From assembly GCA_030040775.1 (NCBI GenBank), contig JASHTB010000122.1:1-46072 (forward strand): a stretch of 46,072 nucleotides of DNA, read 5' to 3'. Shown in pieces: positions 17,270-26,190 of this stretch. The DNA is from Thermoplasmata archaeon. Its GTDB lineage: Archaea; Thermoplasmatota; Thermoplasmata; Lutacidiplasmatales; UBA184. Position 1 is the first letter of the stretch. Every line of letters starts with the position of its first letter. The notes beneath the pieces are model-generated. The model was given only the letters and a program-made list of their open reading frames with translations. It ran no database searches and was not told the origin of the DNA. The translations under genes were made by a program, and so were the position numbers.

Positions 17270-17872
17270 CTACGCCTCCGGGAGCGGCGGGGAGCGGGGC
17301 GGCTCGGCCGGGGCCGACGCTAGCTCTTCGTGCGCCGAGCGGACCCCTACCGCGCGACCGAGGAGGAGGCCGACCGAGACGCCGAAGAGGAGGTCGATGA
17401 CGATCAGCACGAGGAGGAGGACGGTCGGGAGCGAGGTCGGCAGGAAGAACGAGGTCGTCGAGGCGAGGCCGAAGATGAACAGCTCGACGGTGAATCGCAC
17501 GACGAACAAGACGAGCGAGAGCACCGGCACGACCCACGGAAGCCGGTAGTACTCGCGCCCGTCCTCCCGACGCTCGAACCGAACGATCCGGCGCACGAAC
17601 GGAGTCGAGAGAACCGCGGCGGCGGCGACGACGGCGCCGTAGGGGAGCACCAGGGACTCGGCGTACATCCCCCACGCGGAGGTCGCGGCATAGATCGTGA
17701 TGAAGGCGAAGAGGACGAACAGGAGGACGTAGAGGCCTGAGTAGACGAAGAGCCGCGCGGCCGAGTACCGCATCCCCCGGACCATCCTGTACGTGCGGCG
17801 CGCAAGGAACAGGAAGACGATCGCGAGGACGACGAGCGTCGACTCGTCGCTCGGAGAGAGGGTCAGGGCCAT
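17270..17872 (-). CDS. Integral membrane protein (CcdC/DUF1453-like)
   Basis: About five hydrophobic helices; VRFERREDGREYYR loop between TM segments. Start set at ATG 17872. Family assignment tentative. Confidence 0.7.
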   Translation of the reverse strand: MALTLSPSDESTLVVLAIVFLFLARRTYRMVRGMRYSAARLFVYSGLYVLLFVLFAFITIYAATSAWGMYAESLVLPYGAVVAAAAVLSTPFVRRIVRFERREDGREYYRLPWVVPVLSLVLFVVRFTVELFIFGLASTTSFFLPTSLPTVLLLVLIVIDLLFGVSVGLLLGRAVGVRSAHEELASAPAEPPRSPPLPEA

Positions 17873-18002
17873 CGGGGTAGCGCGCGAAGCGGTCGGTCCT
17901 ACAAATGCTTCGACTCCGGGCGGAAACCAAGGGCACGGGTCCCGGACCGGTCGGTCGCCCGGTCGCGAAACCTTTACCCGCCAGCGCGGCTCGGCCGCCC
18001 CG

Positions 18003-18461
18003 ATGGTGGAAGGGAGCCTCGAACGCACGCTGTTCGTGGTGAAGCCGGACGGGGTGCGACGCGGGCTGGTCGGGGAGATCCTGGTCCGCCTGGAACGCAA
18101 GGGGCTCAAAATCCTCGCGATGAAGACGCTCCGGGTCGCTCCGGAGCTCGCCCAGCGGCACTACGCCGAGCACGAGGGCAAACCGTTCTACCCGGCGCTG
18201 ATGCAGCACATCACCTCCGGCCCCATCGTCGCGATGGTCCTCGAGGGGCGATCGGCGATCGCGGTCGCGCGACTTGTGATCGGGGCTACGAACCCCCAGC
18301 TCGCCGCGCCCGGCACGGTGCGCGGCGACCTCGCCTTGGGCCTCACGCCGAACCTCGTCCACGCCTCCGATTCCGCGGAGTCGGCCCAGCGGGAGATCGC
18401 CCTCTACTTCGAGCCGGAAGAGCTCCTCGAGTACTCGCGGGTCGGCGAGGAGTACTTCTAG
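18003..18461 (+). CDS. ndk: Nucleoside diphosphate kinase
   Basis: ERTLFVVKPDGV.RGLVGEI, HYAEH.GKPF, PGTVRGD, NLVHASDS. Confidence 0.97.
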   Translation: MVEGSLERTLFVVKPDGVRRGLVGEILVRLERKGLKILAMKTLRVAPELAQRHYAEHEGKPFYPALMQHITSGPIVAMVLEGRSAIAVARLVIGATNPQLAAPGTVRGDLALGLTPNLVHASDSAESAQREIALYFEPEELLEYSRVGEEYF

Positions 18462-18465
18462 GCCG

Positions 18466-19035
18466 ATGGGCTCGACGGTCGACGACGCCGTCCGGGCGCT
18501 CGCGGCCGGTCGACTCGTCGTCTATCCGACCGACACCGTGCTCGGCCTGGGAGCCCGGGCCTCCGACCGCGCCGCGGTCGGCCGGCTCGAGCAGGCGAAG
18601 GGGCGGCCGAGCGGGCAGCCGATCTCGGTCGCCGTAAGCTCGCTAGCCGAGGTCGAGGCCTTCGCGGACGTTTCGGCGCGCGCCCGTCGCTTTCTTCGAA
18701 CCCACCTTCCGGGCCCGTACACCGTCCTCGTCCGCCCGTCTCCGCTCGCCCGAGCGCGGCTCGTCCCGCGCGTCTTCGCCTCGAGCGGGACCGTCGGGCT
18801 CAGGCTCCCCGACCACCCGGTCGCCCGCGAGCTCTCGCGCCGCGTCGGACCCCTGACGGCGACGAGCGCGAACTACCACGGCGCGCGCCCCTGCCGGACC
18901 GTCCCAGAGGCCCGCCGGGTCTTCGGCTCCCGGGTCGCTGTCTACCTCTCGGAAGGGTCGGCGGGCTCGGGCGTACCCTCGACCCTCGTCGACCTCGTCC
19001 GGGAAGAGCCGCACGCGATCCCTCGGAGAAGGTGA
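18466..19035 (+). CDS. tsaC: Threonylcarbamoyl-AMP synthase (single-domain TsaC/YrdC type)
   Basis: YPTDTV.GLG, KGRP, LPGPYT, GLRLPDHP, TATSAN, PSTLVDL; no SUA5 C-terminal domain. Confidence 0.92.
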   Translation: MGSTVDDAVRALAAGRLVVYPTDTVLGLGARASDRAAVGRLEQAKGRPSGQPISVAVSSLAEVEAFADVSARARRFLRTHLPGPYTVLVRPSPLARARLVPRVFASSGTVGLRLPDHPVARELSRRVGPLTATSANYHGARPCRTVPEARRVFGSRVAVYLSEGSAGSGVPSTLVDLVREEPHAIPRRR

Positions 19036-19934
19036 CCGTGGCACGCTACCCGGAGGACCTCGACCGATGGCGGCGCGCCGGACGGATCGCGGCGGAGGCG
19101 CGCGAGCTCGGCCTGCGCCGGGTCGTTCCGGGCGCCCGTCGGCGGGACGTCGCCGAGGCGATCGAGGCCCGCATCCGCGACGCGGGGGCCGAGCCGGCGT
19201 TCCCCGCGAACCTCTCTCGGAACAACGAGGCCGCCCACTACACCCCGTCGCCGGACGACGAGGCGGTCTTCGTCGAGGGGGACCTGGTCAAGGTCGACGT
19301 CGGGGCCCACCTGGACGGGGCGATCGCCGACACCGCCGACACGGTCGAGGTCGGGGGGTCGCGCCGGTGGGAGAACCTCGTCCGCGCGGCCCGGGAGGGT
19401 CTGCGCGAGGGGATCGCGCACGTTCGTCCGGGAGCCCCGGTCGACGAGGTCAGTCGCGCCGTCGCCTCCGCAATACGGGCTCGGGGGTTGAAACCGATCT
19501 CGGACCTCACGGGGCACTCGATCGAGCGCTACCTGCTCCACGCGGGCAAGGCGGTCCCGAACGTGCCGGGCGCGAGCGCCGCCACGTTCGAGGAAGGGGA
19601 GGTGGTCGCGATCGAGCCGTTCGCCACCAACGGCGAGGGACGGATCGCGAACGGGCCGTTCGGAAACATCGCGCGGTTCCGGCGCGACCCCGGCCCGAGC
19701 GACCCCGGGGTCGCCGAACTGTTCGCCCGGTTCCGAACGCTTCCGTTCGCCGTCCGCTGGGTGGCCCGGCCCGAGGAGCAAGCGGCGCTCCGCCGGGCGC
19801 GGCGGGTCCTGCAGACGTACCCGGTCTTCCTCGAGCGCGGCCACGGATTCGTCGCGCAGGCGGAGCACACGGTCCTCGTCGGGCCGTCCGGAGCGGAGGT
19901 TCTCTCCGCGCTCCCGGCGTCCGCCCTCGCCTAG
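19032..19934 (+). CDS. map: Type II methionine aminopeptidase
   Basis: AFPANLS.N.EAAHYTP, KVDVGAHLDGAIADTA, LTGHSI, AIEPFAT, AQAEHTV; GTGA overlap with tsaC. Confidence 0.96.
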   Translation: MTVARYPEDLDRWRRAGRIAAEARELGLRRVVPGARRRDVAEAIEARIRDAGAEPAFPANLSRNNEAAHYTPSPDDEAVFVEGDLVKVDVGAHLDGAIADTADTVEVGGSRRWENLVRAAREGLREGIAHVRPGAPVDEVSRAVASAIRARGLKPISDLTGHSIERYLLHAGKAVPNVPGASAATFEEGEVVAIEPFATNGEGRIANGPFGNIARFRRDPGPSDPGVAELFARFRTLPFAVRWVARPEEQAALRRARRVLQTYPVFLERGHGFVAQAEHTVLVGPSGAEVLSALPASALA

Positions 19935-19935
19935 C

Positions 19936-21081
19936 CTAGCGTCGCGGGTTCTCCCGTTCGCTCCGCGCGATCGCGGCGCCCTTCACCATCGACTCGAGCT
20001 TCGCCCGGGCGACCGCGAGAGAGCGGGTGCGGAGCCCACAGTCCGGGTTCACCCAGATCCGGTGGGGGTCGCCGAGGTACTCGCTCGCTCGACCGATCCG
20101 GGAGGCGACGACCTCGGGGGACTCGACCTGGTCGCGGTGTACGTCGAGCACGCCGAGGCCGACCTCGCGCGTGTCGCCGTACTCGCGCAGCGCCTTCAGG
20201 ACCTCGTAGCCGTCGTGCCCGTCCGAGTCGCGGTTCGCGAACTCCCACGCCCACTGGCGACATCGCTTCGCCTCGAGAAGCTTCGGCAGGAGGTCCCGGT
20301 AGTTCGAGTAGCAGATGTGCATCGTGAACTCCGCATCGAGCCCTTCGGTGGCCGCGTTGAACCCCTCCACCACGAGGTCCGCCTCGTCCGGGTGCGTGCC
20401 CGCCGCCGGCTCGTCGACCTGGACCACCCGACAGCCGTGGTCGATCAGGGCCTGGATCGTCGGGCGGAGCGCGCGGCGGGCAAGGTCGACCACGAACTCT
20501 CGCTGGGCCGCCCGTCGCGCTCCCCGGCCCTTCCAGCCCTTCTGCCGGGAGAGGTAGTACTCGTTGTACGACCAGTCGGCGAGCGTGTACGGTCCCGTGA
20601 TCGGCAGCTTCGGCTCGGCCTTCGCGTGGTGACGCACGAAGTCGAACTCCTCGATGTGGTACGGCCTGTCGAGCCGGACCTCATCGACGACCGCCGCCTT
20701 GAGGTAGTACTTGTTGTCGAACGAGCGGACGTGGCCCTGGAAGCGGAAGCCGCGCATCTGGCGAATCGGGTACTCGTACATCTAGATCCGTCGGGCCTCG
20801 CCGTCGTAGACGCGGTCGAGGCCGAGGCTCTCGAAGAACCGGAGCGCGAACAGGGCGCCGAGGTCGCGCACCCGCTCCGGGTCGACCTCCCGCGGCCGGC
20901 CGCCGAGGAGGGCGTCCCGCGCTCCGGGAATCTCCGAGGCGAAGCGGGTCGCCTCGTCCCACTGGAGGAACTCCGCCTTGGCCGCGCTGTCCAGCGGTTC
21001 GTTCCGCTGGCCCAGGAGCTGCCAGCGCGGCTTCGCCAGGCTTCCGATCTCCTGCGTCGGGAACAGAGGATGCGTCGTCAC
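19936..21081 (-). pseudogene. metE: Cobalamin-independent methionine synthase, catalytic subunit of split MetE, interrupted by an in-frame TAG at 20782-20784
   Basis: One reading frame from GTG 21081 (FPTQEIGSLAKP...YDGEARRI*MYEYP...PITGPYTLADWS...QVDEPA...HICYS...WEFAN...NPDCGLRT). Zinc ligands intact. May be a real nonsense allele, a read error or a functional split. Confidence 0.8.
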
Positions 21082-22049
21082 GAGCGTGCCTCCTCGCCGA
21101 GCGCCTGCCGGACCGCGGGCAGAACGTGCAGCTTGCGGGTCGCCGGCTCCCACGGCAGCAGGTCGAGCGGACCTCCCGGCCCGAGCCAGACGACCGAGGG
21201 CCGTCGCCGCTCGTAGGCGATCCGGACGACCCGGGCGACCTCGGCCGGGTCCTCGCCGAGCGTGGTGCGGGGGTCGACGACCCCGAGCCCTAGGCCGGTG
21301 CGCCTGGGGGCGGGGGGAAGCTGCTCGACCTCGGTGTCGGCGAGGTCGACGCCGACCGCTCCGACCGGCAGACGGTCGAGGAGCGGGAAGACGGGGTTCG
21401 CGTCGGCCCCGTACGTCCAGACGATCGACGTCCCTCCGTCCAGCGCGGCTTTGATCGCCTCGTAGCCGGCCGTGACGGCCGCGGCCCGCGGACCCTCGGG
21501 AGGGCGGACGACCAGGAGGGGCTCCGAGAAGACGAACGTTCGGTAGCCGGACCGGCGCAGGTCGCGGACCTCCTCCGCGAGCGTCCGGCCGAGGCGATGG
21601 ACCACGGCCTCGTCGGTCTCGCCCGAGCGGTTGTCGAGCACCCCGGCGAAGGTGTACGGCCCCGGGAGCAGGATGCGTCCGCTCTCCGGCTCGCCGCGGA
21701 GCGCCGGAGGAAGGCGGGAGGCGAACGCTCCGGGGGTGCGTCCCGGCGGAGCGAGCAGGATCGGTTGGCGGAAGAACGTGTTCGTCTCGAGCCAGCGGGT
21801 CAGGGGGCCGACCGAGAACCCTTCCCACGTCTCGGCGAACGGTCGGAAGAGGTCGGGCCAGCGCAGGTATCCGCCCGTGACCGAGTCGAAGCCGAGCCGG
21901 CGCTCGAGCGCCACGACGTCCCGCTCGGTCGCGGCGAACAGCTCCTCCACCGCTTCGCTCGTCGTGCGGCCCCGGTCGAGGTCGCGGGTCGCGCTCACGA
22001 GCGCCTCCGGACGGGGGCAGGGACCGGTGAGCCCGGTGCGCACGATCAT
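21078..22049 (-). CDS. Split MetE N-terminal-like (non-catalytic) subunit
   Basis: G.CPRPE.L, TGGYLRWPDLFRPF, LTRWLETNTFFRQP, LPGPYTF, GLGVVDPRTT..E; lacks HxC/C zinc ligands; TGA overlaps the start of the catalytic subunit. Confidence 0.85.
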   Translation of the reverse strand: MIVRTGLTGPCPRPEALVSATRDLDRGRTTSEAVEELFAATERDVVALERRLGFDSVTGGYLRWPDLFRPFAETWEGFSVGPLTRWLETNTFFRQPILLAPPGRTPGAFASRLPPALRGEPESGRILLPGPYTFAGVLDNRSGETDEAVVHRLGRTLAEEVRDLRRSGYRTFVFSEPLLVVRPPEGPRAAAVTAGYEAIKAALDGGTSIVWTYGADANPVFPLLDRLPVGAVGVDLADTEVEQLPPAPRRTGLGLGVVDPRTTLGEDPAEVARVVRIAYERRRPSVVWLGPGGPLDLLPWEPATRKLHVLPAVRQALGEEARS

Positions 22050-22145
22050 CGCGCGAGCACCCCGGGACCGACCCTTAAGGCTGGCGACCCGGTGGCGTCG
22101 TGCGACGCGTGAAACCGCGTTGCGTCGGGGACAACCGGCGAGCCG

Positions 22146-23225
22146 TCACTCCTCGAGATTCGACCGGACGATCCGCTCGAAGTCGGCCGGCTGGGGCGGC
22201 CAACCCTCGCTCATGTAACGGACGAACGCCTCGCGCGACGGCTGGAGGAGCGCGTCGTTCGTCGCGCGCTCGAAGCCGAGGGTCGAGACGTACCGGTCGG
22301 GCAGGGCGTGTCTCGGTCCGAAGTGCGCGGGATAGACCTCGGTCTCGGCGGGAAGGCGCAGGAGCTTCTCCGTAAGGCTCTCCCAGAGGAGGTCGGGCGA
22401 CCCGTCCCCGAGGTCGGTACGTCCGCAGCTTCCGAGGAGGAGGGTGTCGCCGGTGAAGGCGCGGTCACCGACCAGGAGGGTGAGGTGGTCGCGGGTGTGG
22501 CCGGGGGTCTCGAGCACGCGGACCTCCTCGGAACCGAACCGGACCGCTTCGCCGTCCGTGAGGGTTCGGTGGGGGTACTGCGCCGGAGAGCGGTGCGAAA
22601 GGTAGATCGGTGCGCCGGTCGCCGCGTGCAGGCGGGCGTGGCCGGCGAGGTGGTCGGCGTGCGTGTGGGTCTCCACGATCGCGGCGAGGTGCCAGGACCC
22701 CTCCTCGAGCAGCGAGCGGTACGGGGCGTCGTCCCTACCGGGGTCGACGATCACCGCGGACCTCTCATCGAGGTCTCCGATGACGTAGGTGAGGCAACCC
22801 TCGGGCCGCGGTAGCTGGCAGAGGAAGAGCCGGCTTTTCGGGTCGTCGACGGGGTAGCGCGGCACGCTCGGGTCGGCGACGCGGGCGTACTCGTCGAGGC
22901 CACCCTCGAGCGCTGCGACCCCTTCGAAGCCCTGACGGGTTAGGTAGTCGGCTGCGGCGCGGGCCCGGTAGCCCAGGTGGTCGTAGACGATGACGGGCCG
23001 GTCGCGGGGGAACGAGGCCACCTCGGTCGGAAGCCGCTCGAGCGGAACGTGTCGGTCGTGCGGCAGGTGCACGATCGCCCGTTCGGTAGCGGACCGGACG
23101 TCCACGAGGTAGGGAGGGGGGTCGGAGGAGAGGAGGACGAAGAGCTCTCGGGGAGCGACGAGCGCGACGGCTCCGGCCCGGGGCGGTCGAACGAACGGGT
23201 GCGGGAGCGCCGAGTCGAGGGCCAT
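22146..23225 (-). CDS. Rhodanese-domain / MBL-fold (ETHE1-like persulfide dioxygenase) fusion
   Basis: N-terminal LVDVRS..E...HLP...VIVYDHLGYRA...LEGG; C-terminal ETHTHADH, TPGHT, FTGDTL, CGRTDL, YPAH, STLGFERATN. Confidence 0.88.
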   Translation of the reverse strand: MALDSALPHPFVRPPRAGAVALVAPRELFVLLSSDPPPYLVDVRSATERAIVHLPHDRHVPLERLPTEVASFPRDRPVIVYDHLGYRARAAADYLTRQGFEGVAALEGGLDEYARVADPSVPRYPVDDPKSRLFLCQLPRPEGCLTYVIGDLDERSAVIVDPGRDDAPYRSLLEEGSWHLAAIVETHTHADHLAGHARLHAATGAPIYLSHRSPAQYPHRTLTDGEAVRFGSEEVRVLETPGHTRDHLTLLVGDRAFTGDTLLLGSCGRTDLGDGSPDLLWESLTEKLLRLPAETEVYPAHFGPRHALPDRYVSTLGFERATNDALLQPSREAFVRYMSEGWPPQPADFERIVRSNLEE

Positions 23226-23384
23226 CCTCTCCTCCCTCGAACGTCGGCCCACCCTATTTAGCCACGTCCTCAGACGCCGGTTCCGTACCCGGGTGGGACC
23301 GGAGTCCGAGGCCGACAGTTGCCGAACCCCCCGAACGTCTCCGCCAAAGCGTTAATACCCCATCGTCCGGTCGATACCGTGTCC

Positions 23385-24821
23385 ATGGCGGAGGGCTCGG
23401 TGGCATCGATCCCCCCAGAACGCGAGGGGCGGCGCCGGACGAGGACCCGCGACCCTGTCTCCGAGAAGTCGGTGGACCAGACCGACGCGCTCGGAAAGCG
23501 ATCGGTCGAGCTCTCGGCGTACTACCAGGGAAAGATCGAGACCGTGCCCAAGGTCCCGGTCCGTTCGCTCTCCGACTTCGCGCTGTGGTACACTCCGGGG
23601 GTCGCCGAGGTCTCGCGCGCGATCCACGAGGACCCCGACCTAGCCTTCTCCCTCACGGGTCGATGGAACACGGTGGCGATCGTCACCGACGGCTCTCGGG
23701 TCCTCGGGCTCGGCGAGATCGGCCCCCGCGCCGCCCTTCCGGTGATGGAAGGGAAGGCGCTCCTGTTCAAGTTCCTCGGAGGGGTCGACGCGCTGCCGAT
23801 CCCGATCCAGGTGAACTCCCCGGACCAGTTCATCGCCACCGTGGAAGCGATCGCTCCGGCGTTCGGGGGGATCAACCTCGAGGACATCGCCTCGCCGAAG
23901 TGCTTCGGGATCCTCGAGGAGCTCCAGCGACGGCTCGAGGTCCCCGTCTGGCACGACGACCAGCTCGGGACCGCCGCCGCGACGGTGGCGGGGCTCTTGA
24001 ACGCGCTCGCGCTGACCCACCGTTCGGTCCGGGACGTCCGCACGGTGCTTCTCGGGGCCGGTGCGGCGAACCTCGTGACCGCACGGCTTCTCCTCGCCCT
24101 CGGGCACGACCCGAAGCGCCTGACCCTGGTCGACCAGAAGGGGATCCTGCACGCCGAGCGCGACGACATGGACGAGCTGATGCTGAGGAATCCGTGGAAG
24201 TACCGCGCGGCCCTGAAGACGAACGGGGGCGGACGCACGGGAAACCTCGGGGACGCGCTCCGGGGCGCGGACGTGTTGCTCGCCGCGTCCACGCCGAGCC
24301 CGGACACGGTGCGGCCGGACCACATCGAGGCGATGGCCCCCGAGCCGATCGTCTTCGCGCTCGCGAACCCGGTCCCCGAGATCTGGCCCGACGTCGCGAA
24401 GCGGGCCGGCGCGGCGATCGTCGCGACGGGTCGCAGTGACTTCCCGAACCAGGTCAACAACTCGCTCGTCTTCCCGGCGGTGTTTCGGGGGATCCTGGAC
24501 GCGCGGGCGCGCTCCATCCCCGACGAGGTCGTCCTCGCGGCCGCGCGGGAGCTCGCGCGCGGCGCCACTCGGAGGGGCCTCTCGGCCCAGCACCTCCTTC
24601 CGACGATGGAGGAGCCCGAGGTGTTCCCCGAGGTCGCGGCCGCGGCGGGAGACACCGCGGTCCGCCTGGGCGTCGCCCGCCGCAAGCTCTCCCACGACGA
24701 GTTCCTCGAAAGGGCGCGCGCGATGATGGGGCGGTCGACCCGTCTGGTCCGAGCGCTCACGAGGGCCCGGATCAACCCACCGATGCCGCGACCCGGCCGC
24801 CGGGGGAGGAGGACCGAATGA
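23385..24821 (+). CDS. NAD(P)-dependent malic enzyme
   Basis: YTPGVA, VTDGSRVLGLG, PVMEGKALLFK, INLEDIASPKCF, WHDDQ.GTA, GAGAA, FALANPVPEI, ATGRSDFPNQVNN. Start approximate. Confidence 0.95.
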   Translation: MAEGSVASIPPEREGRRRTRTRDPVSEKSVDQTDALGKRSVELSAYYQGKIETVPKVPVRSLSDFALWYTPGVAEVSRAIHEDPDLAFSLTGRWNTVAIVTDGSRVLGLGEIGPRAALPVMEGKALLFKFLGGVDALPIPIQVNSPDQFIATVEAIAPAFGGINLEDIASPKCFGILEELQRRLEVPVWHDDQLGTAAATVAGLLNALALTHRSVRDVRTVLLGAGAANLVTARLLLALGHDPKRLTLVDQKGILHAERDDMDELMLRNPWKYRAALKTNGGGRTGNLGDALRGADVLLAASTPSPDTVRPDHIEAMAPEPIVFALANPVPEIWPDVAKRAGAAIVATGRSDFPNQVNNSLVFPAVFRGILDARARSIPDEVVLAAARELARGATRRGLSAQHLLPTMEEPEVFPEVAAAAGDTAVRLGVARRKLSHDEFLERARAMMGRSTRLVRALTRARINPPMPRPGRRGRRTE

Positions 24822-25354
24822 GCGTGGGGAACGATTCGGGGCCCCACCCGGTCTCGACGGCCGAGGGTCCCTCGGTCCCGATCCACCTAAGGCCCGCGAC
24901 CGAGGCCGACGTGCCGGTGCTCGTCCCGCTCCTCTTGCGCCTGAAGCGACTCAACGAGGAGTTCGACCCGCTGCTCAAGGTCCGCGAAGACGCCGACGAG
25001 CAGGCGCGGAACCTTCTGAAGGCGAACCTCTCCGACCCGAAGTCGGTCGTCCTCTCCGCCGAAGGGGTCGGGGCCGACAAGGACAAGGTCGTCGGCTTCG
25101 TCCGGGCGGTCGTTCGGGAGCGGCCGTTCTATCACCCCGAGTTCGAGGGCGTGATCCTCGACATCTACCTCCTGCCGCTCTACCGTCGCCGTCGCGTCGG
25201 AGAGTACCTCCTCCACGAGGTCTCCGCCGCGCTCAAGGCGAAAGGCGCGGGGGTCGTCACCGCCGAGTTCCCGGCGCAGAACGAGATCGCCGTCCGCTTC
25301 TATGCGAAGCGCGGCTTCCGGCCGATCACAGCGATCCACGCCCGGTCGCTCTAG
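24818..25354 (+). CDS. GNAT-family N-acetyltransferase
   Basis: LRPATEAD, YRRRRVGEYL (acetyl-CoA loop), NEIAVRFYAKRGF; ATGA overlap with the malic enzyme gene. Confidence 0.88.
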   Translation: MSVGNDSGPHPVSTAEGPSVPIHLRPATEADVPVLVPLLLRLKRLNEEFDPLLKVREDADEQARNLLKANLSDPKSVVLSAEGVGADKDKVVGFVRAVVRERPFYHPEFEGVILDIYLLPLYRRRRVGEYLLHEVSAALKAKGAGVVTAEFPAQNEIAVRFYAKRGFRPITAIHARSL

Positions 25355-25416
25355 TTCGCTCGGCTCCGTCGGCAACCGTTATCGCGCGGTCCCGGGTCGA
25401 GACCGCCGGTACGGGC

Positions 25417-26085
25417 ATGGAGGGCGAGTGGGTCGAGTGGCATCGGGGGTACGAAGGGGACCGCCCTCTCGTCGGGCGCCTCGCGGTCGTGCAGGAGGCG
25501 ATCCGAACCTTCCTCGACGGGAGCCCTCCGGGACGGGTGCGCGTCGTCAGCCTCTGTGCCGGGGACGGCCGGGACCTCCTCGGTGTCCTCGAGGACCATC
25601 CGCGCCGGGCGGACGTGCGGGCCCGCCTCGTCGAGCTCGACTCGACGCTCGCCGCAGCCGCGCGCGCACGGGCCGGAGGAGCCAGCCTCGCCGGGGTCGA
25701 GGTCGCCACCGGGGACGCCTCCACCACCTCGGCCCTCGAGGGGGCGGTGCCGGCCGACCTCGTGCTCCTCTGTGGCATCTTCGGCAACATCGCGGACGCG
25801 GACGTTCACCGGACGGTCGACCACCTCGCCGAGCTCTGCGCGCCCCGCGCGACGGTCGTCTGGACCCGCGGGCGGTTCGCGCCGGACCTTACGCCGACGA
25901 TCCGGGCCTGGTTCCGTGACGCGGGGTTCGAAGAGGTCGCGTTTATTCCGGTCCCTGAGACGACCGCTTCGGTCGGCGTGCACCGGCTCACGGGGAAGCC
26001 CCGGCCGTTCCGGCCCGGCGTGACGCTCTTCACCTTCCTGCCGAAGGAAGAGCGCCCGAGCCAGCGGGCAAGGCCGACCGCCTAG
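25417..26085 (+). CDS. SAM-dependent methyltransferase-like protein
   Basis: RVVSLCAGDGRD, LVELD, GDA, ADLVLLCGIFGN. Confidence 0.8.
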   Translation: MEGEWVEWHRGYEGDRPLVGRLAVVQEAIRTFLDGSPPGRVRVVSLCAGDGRDLLGVLEDHPRRADVRARLVELDSTLAAAARARAGGASLAGVEVATGDASTTSALEGAVPADLVLLCGIFGNIADADVHRTVDHLAELCAPRATVVWTRGRFAPDLTPTIRAWFRDAGFEEVAFIPVPETTASVGVHRLTGKPRPFRPGVTLFTFLPKEERPSQRARPTA

Positions 26086-26190
26086 CGGGGCTGAGCGGCT
26101 TCGCCGGTCACTTCCCGGGGCCACTCGGCGAGGCACGACCCGGGGAAGTTCCGAATTCCGACGACCCGATTCGCCCCGGTCGAGGGCTCC

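Noticed and set aside
20782..20784. Genome-wide TAG recoding (pyrrolysine code)
   Set aside because: Many conserved genes end in TAG at their expected C-termini, no pyl genes are in the window, and only one internal TAG was seen.
21082..21828. N-terminal 249 codons of ORF 20782..21828
   Set aside because: Alternative frame of the MetE N-subunit gene; real coding starts at GTG 21081.
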